From Strigamia acuminata (lineage: Eukaryota), in contig OX442314.1 of assembly GCA_949358305.1 (NCBI GenBank), positions 27,528,001-27,592,000 on the forward strand: a stretch of 64,000 nucleotides of DNA. Reading direction: 5' to 3'. The notes under the pieces were generated by a model that was not told the DNA's origin, did no database searches, and saw only the letters and a list, made by a program, of their open reading frames with translations. Position numbers and translations under genes: made by a program. Positions 1 to 9,038 of this stretch are shown piece after piece (position 1 is the stretch's first letter; each line of letters opens with the position of its first letter).

Positions 1-1
1 T

Positions 2-826
2 GGAAAAGCTAGGCCCACACCTGAAATCACTGAAGGATCAGATAAAATTGATTTACCTGGTCTTGATGAATGTATTGAAAAATTACTGGCTACAACATTA
101 GTCACTAATGATTTATTGGACGAATTACCATTGGATCCGCCGATAGAAATTAAACCACCGCGACGTTTTAAATGCAAGTACGCGGACATACCAAACAGCA
201 ATGATTTGCCGACGATTCGATTGCAGACGGCAAACGGTATGATAACAGGGATGTTAGACTCTGGAGCTAATCGAAGCTTCATGGCCTACTCCGTAGTAAT
301 TTCACTGAAACTGGAAGATGAAATTCGACCAATTGGACCGGATGTGAGAGTTACGACTGCTTCAGAAGATGTAGTCCCTGAAGGAACTCTCCTACTTTCT
401 TTTGCGTGGACACACGGGATGTTAAGTCATCCATTCATAATTTTAAGAAATAAATATCCTATTATTTTATTAGGATGTGATTTCATGAATCGACTCAATA
501 TTCAACCAAATCCTAAGACCATGTCTTGGAATTTTGTCAAGTCTTTGAAAGAAGATTTACCTTTTGTTCCTCAAGCGATTCTTGATCGTTATCAAGAGTT
601 TCTTGATCCACCCGAAGAAATCATGAAACGCGACTTTATTAAAGCAAATCACATGAAAGCTGGTTCCGCCACTGCATGTCAAGCTAAAGTTGCCGATGAA
701 GAAAATATAGTACAAAGACTTGTTAGCGACGCTAATTTGTCAATGGAAAATAATTTAATGCTTGAAAGAGTATTAAAGAAACATGAAAAGATTTTATCAC
801 GCCGACCAGGTAGAACACCTCGTTAG
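2..826 (+). CDS. pol: Retrotransposon aspartic protease region of pol (5'-partial)
   Basis: The frame is open from position 2. It has the catalytic motif MLDSGA and a downstream ILLGCDFM (ILGxDF) motif. It ends ...SRRPGRT, where homology continues in the next frame. Confidence 0.9.
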   Translation, partial: GKARPTPEITEGSDKIDLPGLDECIEKLLATTLVTNDLLDELPLDPPIEIKPPRRFKCKYADIPNSNDLPTIRLQTANGMITGMLDSGANRSFMAYSVVISLKLEDEIRPIGPDVRVTTASEDVVPEGTLLLSFAWTHGMLSHPFIILRNKYPIILLGCDFMNRLNIQPNPKTMSWNFVKSLKEDLPFVPQAILDRYQEFLDPPEEIMKRDFIKANHMKAGSATACQAKVADEENIVQRLVSDANLSMENNLMLERVLKKHEKILSRRPGRTPR

Positions 827-3800
827 GCATGAAATTAAACTGGACACTAAAGTTCCTATTAGAGTTCCGTTTAAAAGCGTAAATCCACAGAAACGTGAAA
901 TTATCCGTCAAATCTGTCAAGATATGTTGGATAATGGGTACGTTGAACAAGCCACTGGAGACTATGGGATGCGAATAGTTCTAGTGATGCGTCCGGATTG
1001 TGATCCGAGACTATGCATTGATTTTAGACCACTCAATGCACATACATTATACGACCCTCCTCAAATGCCCAGCATTGAGGAAATCTTGCGAGAACTCGGA
1101 AGGTTTGAATGGGTCACAACAATAGATTTGTCAAAAGGCTATTGGCAAATAGAGGTTCATCCGAATGACCGTGCTAAAACTGCGTTTTGGAGCCCTTTGG
1201 GTCGACTTCAATTTCGAGTCATGCCCTTTGGTCTCGTAAATGCGCCGTCAACTTTCCAAAAGTTGATAGAAAAAATTTTGGGGGACGCCTATCGAAAATT
1301 CGCATGGGCATACCTCGATGATATAATTATTATATCAAAAAATTTTGAAGAACACATGATTCATCTGGAAGAAATTCTGAGTAAACTTGAAAATGCAAAT
1401 CTTCATGTTCATCCAGAAAAATCAAAATTTGGCAGAAAAGAATTAACTTTTCTTGGTTACAAGTTAAGTGTTCAAGGAGTTAGTGTCGACCCTAAAAAAG
1501 TCGCAGCTATTAAAGAAATGCCAGCTCCTTCGAATTTGAAAGAGTTGCAAAGATTTTTGGGAATGGTGAACTTTTTTCACCGATTACTTAAAAATCTTGC
1601 AGTAATGACAGAACCTCTACGTCCTTTACTCAAAAAGGATGTGGAATTTATTTGGTCAGAAATTCATCAAGAAGCTTTTGATCAAATAAAAGATGCTTTG
1701 ACAAATGCAGAAACAATGGCCATGCCTGATTTGACAGAACCATTTATTGTGCATACCGACGCCAGCAGAAAAGGACTTGGCGCCGCGCTTATGCAAATGA
1801 GGGAAATCGATGATCAAAATATAGAAGTGCCTTGTGTTTATGCCAGCAGAAGTTTACAACCTGCTGAGATAAATTACAGCGCCACAGAATTGGAGTGCCT
1901 AGCGGTAATCTGGGCATTACGTAAATTTCGACATTACTTGGAATTTACAACATTCATAGTAAGAACTGACCATCAAGCACTAAAATGGTTGATGCAGTTA
2001 GACGAACCTGCCGGAAGGTTAGCGCGTTGGCAAATGGAGCTAATGCGCTACTCTTTCGAAATACAATATATTAAAGGTCCACTAAATGTTTTAGCGGATG
2101 CTTTATCCAGATCACCGATTGATAAACCGGAAAATCCTGAAGATGATGGAGATAATGATGAATTATTATCTTACTGTCCATCACCACAACGAAATTGGAA
2201 AATGGGAAAATTTCATGAGCTTCCTGTCTCCACGCTGGAGGAAAAGGAAGATCACGAATTCGTCAACTATTGGACTAAAATCTATGACCCCTCTGAGGAA
2301 TCAGATGACGTCATAAGAGCGCAAATTTCAAGGAAATTCCAAGTTCCTTCGTCAAATGTTTTAATAAAAGCATTTGTCGCCAAAATTGTAGAGCGTCTTG
2401 ATTGTGAACCCCCCACAAGGGAAGACATAATCAAGGCCCAAAAAGAAGATAAAGTTTGCCAATTAATGCGTAATTTTTTAAATTGTAATCAATTTCCGCC
2501 TGACGTCACAACGCGACTCCAGAGGAAACAATATAGAAAACACGCAACCACCTTCTTAATTGAAGATGACTTATTAATGCAATTTCATCCCACAATGTCT
2601 GATGAATTGGGGGAGGATGGGAGAGCACTCAAAGTTTTTGTACCTCAGACATTGAAGTATAAAATTATTTGGCTAATGCATGGCCACCCACTTTCTGGCC
2701 ACCCAGGAATTGCAAGGACTCTTTATCGAGCACGCCGAATTTATACCTGGAAAGGCATGAAATCGGACATTACAAGATTCATTCGACATTGTGAGCGTTG
2801 CCAAGCTTGCAAGCCTCGAACGAAAGGACAAATTGAAGCAGCGCAAATGGGTCCTTACAGCCCATTTGACTGCCTAAGTGTTGATTTGACCGGCCCGAAA
2901 CCTCGGACGCGCAAAAACAACACACATATTTTAGTCATACTTGACGTGGCAACTCATTGGCCAGAATTATATCCAATGTGTAACCCCACTGCTGGAAAAG
3001 TGGCAAATTGTATTTATCACCTTTCCATGAGCATGGGATTCCCTCGTAAAATTATTTCTGACAACGGCCCGCAATTTCGTGCCCAAGTCTTTAAAAAATT
3101 TTGTGAAAAGTTCAAGATGGTTCCAACACCAACTTCAACGTATCACCCACAAGCTAACCCGGTTGAAAGGGTTAACCGTGACATCAAATATTTGGTTGCA
3201 ATTTATTCATCGGTTCATTCCAAATGGGACGAATATTTGCGTGAATTTGCATTTAGTTTGAGAACTACGGTGACGAGAGGAAGAGACTTCTCTCCCGCAT
3301 TTCTTAACTTTTTTCGCGAACTCAGAGTACCTTGGGATCCAAGAATACCTGAAGGAATTTTGGTCGTAGATCCAAAAAACCCACATTTATACGTGCAAAA
3401 ATTAGAAGCCGTTATCGCCGAAACATATCAGCACATGATGTCACACGTGTTAGATTTGCGTAGACGAGTTAATCTTAAAAAAGAAGGTGAGAAGTTCTCC
3501 AATTTTAAATTAAACGATTTAGTTTGGAGAGATTCTCATGTTTTGTCGAGCGCTGCCCGCGGCATTGCAGCTGGCATCGCTGATAAAAGAACAGGACCAT
3601 ATGTAATAACCAAAGTATTACAGGGAGGATCCGTAGAATTGAGAAAGCTAGAAAATAACGAAATATTTCCAGCTGTCCATTCGTCTGAATTAACTCCGTA
3701 TTTCCCGAGTTTCGATCAGGAAGTATGGTTAGAAGGCGAAGAAGTCGGTCAAAAGACTGAAAATATAATTAATACGTTAGATGACGATGAATTAAAGAAA

Positions 3801-4205
3801 ATACCTGTCGATAATTCATCCAAACCACAAATGGAGTCAGACCTCGTGAATAACGACGTTGAACTTCGTGACAGTTTCAAAAAGCTTGAAATTGCTAAAA
3901 AATTAAATAAAAAGGTGTTTTTAGAAAAGAAACAAAAAACATCTGAAATAAAAGACTCATCTGACTCAGTCTCCGATGACAATGAAGACGGCGATTTAAA
4001 TACAATAAATCCCTCGCCGACAAAGAGATATAATCTTCGGACTCGTAAACCGAGAGGAAAAAACAACATGTGTCTTCTCCCCTCGATAACCTCGAGATCC
4101 AGGGATCAGCCGTATGACGTAAGGAGCAATTCCTCAAGCCATACTCAAACCAATCAAACAGTAAGATTGGATGACGTCACTAACAGCGACGTTACCCAAA
4201 CGTAA
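783..4205 (+). CDS. pol: Gypsy Pol: reverse transcriptase, RNase H, integrase (continues the protease ORF after a frameshift near 817)
   Basis: RT motifs RLCIDFRPLN, IDLSKGYWQI, MPFGLVNAP, YLDDI. RNase H motifs TDAS, ELECLA, TDHQAL, ADALSR. Integrase HHCC zinc finger (HGHPLSGH...CERC), D-D-E motifs (SVDL, SDNG, VER) and a GPY motif. Confidence 0.97.
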   Translation: MKRFYHADQVEHLVRHEIKLDTKVPIRVPFKSVNPQKREIIRQICQDMLDNGYVEQATGDYGMRIVLVMRPDCDPRLCIDFRPLNAHTLYDPPQMPSIEEILRELGRFEWVTTIDLSKGYWQIEVHPNDRAKTAFWSPLGRLQFRVMPFGLVNAPSTFQKLIEKILGDAYRKFAWAYLDDIIIISKNFEEHMIHLEEILSKLENANLHVHPEKSKFGRKELTFLGYKLSVQGVSVDPKKVAAIKEMPAPSNLKELQRFLGMVNFFHRLLKNLAVMTEPLRPLLKKDVEFIWSEIHQEAFDQIKDALTNAETMAMPDLTEPFIVHTDASRKGLGAALMQMREIDDQNIEVPCVYASRSLQPAEINYSATELECLAVIWALRKFRHYLEFTTFIVRTDHQALKWLMQLDEPAGRLARWQMELMRYSFEIQYIKGPLNVLADALSRSPIDKPENPEDDGDNDELLSYCPSPQRNWKMGKFHELPVSTLEEKEDHEFVNYWTKIYDPSEESDDVIRAQISRKFQVPSSNVLIKAFVAKIVERLDCEPPTREDIIKAQKEDKVCQLMRNFLNCNQFPPDVTTRLQRKQYRKHATTFLIEDDLLMQFHPTMSDELGEDGRALKVFVPQTLKYKIIWLMHGHPLSGHPGIARTLYRARRIYTWKGMKSDITRFIRHCERCQACKPRTKGQIEAAQMGPYSPFDCLSVDLTGPKPRTRKNNTHILVILDVATHWPELYPMCNPTAGKVANCIYHLSMSMGFPRKIISDNGPQFRAQVFKKFCEKFKMVPTPTSTYHPQANPVERVNRDIKYLVAIYSSVHSKWDEYLREFAFSLRTTVTRGRDFSPAFLNFFRELRVPWDPRIPEGILVVDPKNPHLYVQKLEAVIAETYQHMMSHVLDLRRRVNLKKEGEKFSNFKLNDLVWRDSHVLSSAARGIAAGIADKRTGPYVITKVLQGGSVELRKLENNEIFPAVHSSELTPYFPSFDQEVWLEGEEVGQKTENIINTLDDDELKKIPVDNSSKPQMESDLVNNDVELRDSFKKLEIAKKLNKKVFLEKKQKTSEIKDSSDSVSDDNEDGDLNTINPSPTKRYNLRTRKPRGKNNMCLLPSITSRSRDQPYDVRSNSSSHTQTNQTVRLDDVTNSDVTQT

Positions 4206-4250
4206 CTTCCGGTATTTGAACTGATCACTTCGCGTCTGAGTTCACTTCGA
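4115..4250 (+). promoter_or_regulatory. Candidate internal promoter for the accessory gene
   Basis: TGACGTAA 4115-4122, CCAAT 4150-4154, ATTGG 4166-4170, perfect CRE TGACGTCA 4172-4179, ETS-type ACTTCCGG 4205-4212 and Inr-like TCACTTC copies cluster at the pol stop. Motif evidence only. Confidence 0.4.
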
Positions 4251-4413
4251 TCTCACACGTGTGCTAAGTGCTCATCTCCGAAAAACCAAAAGCGAAACAA
4301 CTGGATAAATTCTCCCGAATCTTCAATTGTAAGTAGTTTTTTCTTTGGAATTTTCCAAAGAAAAACTAATAAATTAATTTTCGTTTTTCTTTCCATTTGG
4401 ATTAGTCGTTCAA

Positions 4414-7243
4414 ATGGAAGGAGAGGAACCGAAAGAAGGAAGCGAAGCCGGCGCCAACAGCCTCGAATTAGAGACAAATTCGACGCTGCTTGGTTCCGCA
4501 AACACTTCGAATACATCCGTGGATGTCACCGAAGAATCCGCCGAAGCGTCCGCCGAAGCTCAAGCCGCTCTGGCCGACGCTGCTGCCCGTTTGCCAGTCG
4601 CGCCGCCCCGACTACGAGGAGGCCTATTCGCCGATCCGAACGGCGAAACTCGTGCACAGAGACACGACCGGGTAAATAATTCAAAATAAAATTACCTTTC
4701 AGTCATGAAAAGTAATTAAAAGTGCATTTTCACTCGGAAAAAGCGAAAAGTTCGTTGGTAACGCCTTCGCAAGAAGGCGCCGCCATTTTTATCATCAGAT
4801 GGCGCTGTGTCTCATTTTTGAGGCGTTGCTACGGCAACGCTCCAAACACTGAAACATAGCCGTCGGAAACAACGTTTTTCACGATTTTTCAAACATTTTG
4901 AAAAATTTAACGAATCTAAACTGTCGAATGAAATCTCACCCGTGATTTTATTCACTGAAAATTCGGAAATAATTAATTTTAACGAAAAAATGGATTTTAA
5001 TTATTTCTTCGAATATTTTACAGATCATCCAGCTTCGGGAGACGCATCTCGAACTACACCCCGATGTTCCAACAGCTCCTGGTGTCTGGCGACATGCATT
5101 GCCGCCAGAAATCATAAAGTCTAAGGGAAGACTGACGTTTTGGGCGGCCCGACATAAATTCTCCAAGGCCCTAAACAAGCGATGGGGAACGAAGTTTCGG
5201 ATCGCTTATTTAATCGATGGATTCGGTCATCGCGACGCCCTCGAGTGGGCAATGAAGCGCGATACCTTCGGACCACTGCGAAACGTGTTGCTCGACTTCG
5301 CCTTCACAGTGATCAATCAAGAAACGCGAGACCATCGCCGTTACTTCAACGCTCCTGCGTGGGAGCGTCGACAGATTTTGGAGGACATCTTCCAACGTCT
5401 TGACCAAACCAAGGCCGAGGTTGTGCGCCTCTACCACGAATCCTTCCGTGTGACTACAGACGGAAAGAAACGTTGGGTGCCGACATGCCAGTCGGAAATG
5501 CATCAGCTAGCCATGGGCGGATGTTTCCATGCTGATTTCGTGCCAAACCCGTATCCAGAGCCTGAGCCCCGGGTACAGGTCGCTTCCACCATCCACGTGG
5601 TGCCACCGCGCTCCACGTCGAGGTCACGATCATCGAGGTCGCCCTACAGTGGCCGTCGCTCCTCCCCAACACAGTCGTCGGGGGAAGGCGCCATTGGAGG
5701 GTTACCTCCACTCCAGAAGGCTCGTCATCGCTCACATCACCGACGCGAGTCGACGCCGCCAAAAAGACATTCGAAGTCCGTGTCGAGACCCACATCCCGA
5801 AGCCGACCTCGAGTGCAATCGCGCCAATCTTCCACGAGGAGTTCTCTCTCATCGCGTGAAGAAAGGTCCAACGCTTCACAGCCTAGCGCTTCCTCCTCCG
5901 GCCGAATTGACTGGTTGGACGAGATAGCGAAGGAAGATCGTCGCATCGCCGCTTTGCAAGCCGGTCAAGGAGACGTCAACACCTCTTTGCCGTTCGCTTG
6001 CCGTCCAGTCACCAGCGACATGCGACCAGACCCATCGGTGCCCGTGCCACAAGTGACATCGGTCATCCGTTTTGAGGGATACGTCTCTCAAGAACCGTTC
6101 CCAGCACAGGAGTGCGCTGATCTCTGGAGGCGATTCTCATCGTTTCCCGAGACAGCCCAAACGATGTACCTCGCGCATCTGGACGAATACCAACTCGCTC
6201 AGATCCGCGAAGGTGAGAAAGAGTGGCAATGGCTTGCCCGAGAGCTTGCGTCGTGCAAGTCCGACAAGCAACTGCAACGGACGCTGCAGAAAATGAACAG
6301 GAAATTGTCGGAGGGACTGCTTCGAATCCTGTTCCAAGGAGTCTTTCCCGACCCACAGATTGCTCTGGCGGCCGCCACTCGATTGTGGACCGTGCCGTTA
6401 GGGCTTCCACGAGCCTTGCTGGACGATTGGGAGTCAATTCGCCCCGATCCTCCAACGATGCTCGCCGAATTGACGCAACAAGCCGAGGCGACTGGCGAAA
6501 CTCCGGCTGGATCCGCCATTCGACTACGGCAGGAATGGGCTGCGCTGAAGCAGCGACGCGCAGCAGAACGAGCTACCGCCCGTCCCGCTGGCGCACCACC
6601 GTCATCCGCAGCTCCACTCCACGCTGCCATCACGGCAACGTCGAGTGTTTCCCGTGCAACCGAGGCACCGAGTTGCAACATCTCATCTCCGATGGAATGG
6701 CTCGACAGCGACGATCGCGAGTTCGTCGTGCCTGTGGCCTGCGGTGCCAGACCAAAGACGCGCACCCCGGCTTTGCGCAGATCCAGATCCCTCTCGATCT
6801 GCAAAAAGTCGCCGCCACCGCCGCCTCCTCCAAAGGATTCGCCGCCAAGAGATAGGGGATCGAGTATGGCCACCCACCTCACCGCCTATCAACGTTTGCG
6901 CTCATTATACGCTTTTTGCTACATAACGAGCGCGACGAAAACGATTCTCCAGAACAGCGAGGATTTATGCAACCGAGTCCTCGCGTGGCTGGAAAACCAC
7001 ATCAAGGAACAGCAGCCGTGGATCCTACATCAACGCCTGGTGTTCGCTCGAATTACGCCTCAAGACCCGCAGGAGTATTTCGAGATGGGTTTTGGACGAA
7101 GGGATGGTGTGGACCGCATCAAGCAAGTGTGGCTCCACATCAACCCTGGCTTCCGGTCAGGACCAAACGCCGGCCGACCTTTGTGCACCGTCACCGAGCA
7201 CAAAGATCCAAACGATCATTCGACGGACATGTTGCCGAAATAA
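4414..7243 (+). CDS. Spliced accessory gene of the retrotransposon, join(4414..4671,5024..7243), ~825 aa, Arg/Ser/Pro-rich, unknown function
   Basis: Exon 1 is exactly 86 codons and ends CGG|GTAAAT. The AT-rich intron 4672-5023 ends TTTTACAG|. Exon 2 reads IIQLRETHLELHPDVPTAPGVWRHALPPEII... in frame with the 5099..7243 ORF. No signal peptide or TM anchor is visible. AATAAA signals follow near 7297-7312. Confidence 0.8.
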
Positions 7244-7402
7244 TTAGGGAACACGCCCGTTTATTAAAAATAATTCTTTTTTTATTTTTATATTGTAATA
7301 AAAAAGAATAAATATATATCCTGTTCCATTTTACTTTGAAACCTTGTGTGTTTATTCCTATACTTACCTGTCTCTTTTTGGAAAAGAATAAGATTCTTTC
7401 TT

Positions 7403-7416
7403 AAAAGGGGGGGAAG
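7403..7416 (+). promoter_or_regulatory. Polypurine tract (plus-strand primer)
   Basis: AAAAGGGGGGGAAG lies immediately before TGTGGTGACC. Confidence 0.9.
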
Positions 7417-8480
7417 TGTGGTGACCTCAAATATTCCTATTTGAGTGCGCACCATATTTCCAAATTGTCTTATAAACATATTCAACAAGCTTATATGTTT
7501 TGTTTCAATGTAAATTGAAATAAAACATACATTAATAAAATATAAAACAAGACACAATATTACCCAAATAATATTGTGTTTTGCAGCAAGTTTTGGCCCA
7601 GCAACAGCGTCAACCAATCGCGCTGCAGCGTGCATTGCTTTGATGATGCTGCTAGGCGTGTGCCTGGGCGGAGCATCCCTTCCCCTCGCGCGTGCCCGGC
7701 TCGATTGTTGCACACGACCCGAAGGCGGCCGTGTGTGATCTTCATGCAACTCGTCATCTGCGCAGCTTTTCTGAGCAGATTTAGAAGTGAGCCAAACGGT
7801 TTTGGCCCACTCTTCCCGCATTCTTGATTCTGCTTCCAAACCATTCACATCTGTGTCAAACTTATGCCAACCATTGCTAAGTGTGATCTGTGATATCTGG
7901 AAGAGTTGAGATTCATTGCTGGTCCGTGCCAACTGTACGGAATAGCGCCTTTCTGCTTGAATTACTACGCGTAATTTAAGCCATTTCTGTGTGGAATTGA
8001 CATAGAGCTTGCTCTGTCAATTTGAAGGCTTTGTGTTGAGTTTAACTCCACAAAGCGAACTGTGTTAAGACGGATTGTTACGTCGAGCTTGCTCCGTAAT
8101 AATCACTTTCACTGTGTGTGAGAAGTATTCTCGTGTCGAGCGTGCTCCACGAGGATTTTAGAATATTTAGCAACGTATTTTAGCGTCGAGTTTACTCCGC
8201 TAAAATCCCGCGCTCACACGACGCCGTCGACGCCATCTTGGAGCCAACGGTCAACTGTGAGTGTACATTTGAAGAAGAAGCCAGATCGACCCCAAACATT
8301 TTAAATAATACCTCCTTTGTATTTTGAACGATTAAAACTATCTAATTTTTCCTTTACTCTGTGTAAAATCATTCCCCTAGACAAACATTTGGCCACAGAG
8401 TAGAAGTCCTGTACGGCATCTCTACGACGATTGCTTATTGAATTTACATAATTTAATAAGTAAAAACCCGGATCGCCGCA
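7417..8480 (+). repeat. 3' LTR (~1064 bp)
   Basis: Starts TGTGGTGACC right after the PPT. The proposed end GATCGCCGCA (8471-8480) matches the reverse complement of the start at 7 of 10 positions and ends in CA. The right boundary cannot be confirmed without the 5' LTR. Confidence 0.7.
7995..8206 (+). ncRNA. Array of five bulged RNA hairpins (TAR-like cis element) inside the LTR
   Basis: Hairpins at 7995-8022, 8028-8056, 8073-8104, 8127-8156 and 8177-8206. Each has an 8-10 bp stem, a T-N bulge, GAG, a 4-5 nt loop and CTC. The only stem mismatches are G-U wobbles on the + strand. Confidence 0.8.
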
Positions 8481-9038
8481 ACATGTAAATATGGATAGTG
8501 TGCGTAAATTTATCATCAAAGTGTATCAATCAATTAATATTGTTTCTTATAAATTCTTTTAATTTTTTTTTAAATTAACGTGAAATGAAGAAAACGTCGG
8601 ATGCGCATAAAACACTAATTAGAATTTATAAAAATGTTGCAACAATGTGCTAAATGTGCCCAACATTAATCTCTTTATCCTTTTCGCGGATTGGCTTCCG
8701 TGAAATCCGCATTTCGGGGGCGACTATTCTGGGGATTCCGGGTGGACCAAACTCTTCCGGAAAACGTCCGGGGTGGTGTTGGGAGTGTCAATAGACTGTT
8801 TTGTGTCAAGGTTGTCAATTTTCATGTGAGTATTGGAAGGTTCATTTCTGCACATTCTCATGTATTTTTTTTCACAGGAGCGACAAGGAGCGATGAAGCG
8901 GGATCGAGCGAGAGTGGGTAAAATAAACTGGTTTACGTCTCCAATGCGCGTTCAAGATGGAATACGAACTCGGAATCGACTCCAACACGCGTTCGCGTGA
9001 CATACGGACGCATTCACGACCCAGATCAAAAAATGATC

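Larger units (their letters stand above)
1..8480 (+). mobile_element. Ty3/Gypsy LTR retrotransposon, 3' portion (5' LTR and gag lie upstream of the window)
   Basis: Domain order is PR-RT-RH-IN, followed by an extra ORF, a polypurine tract at 7403-7416 and a TG-initiated LTR. Confidence 0.95.

Noticed and set aside
815..830. Ty1-type programmed +1 frameshift (GTTAGGC resembles CTTAGGC)
   Set aside because: Wrong first base and wrong frame relative to the upstream ORF; a 2-bp deletion explains the protein alignment better.
5182..6926. Alternative-frame and antisense ORFs within the accessory gene
   Set aside because: Expected by-products of GC-rich coding sequence, with no recognisable motifs.
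5099..7243. env gene
   Set aside because: No signal peptide, fusion peptide or C-terminal transmembrane anchor; the composition is basic and partly disordered.
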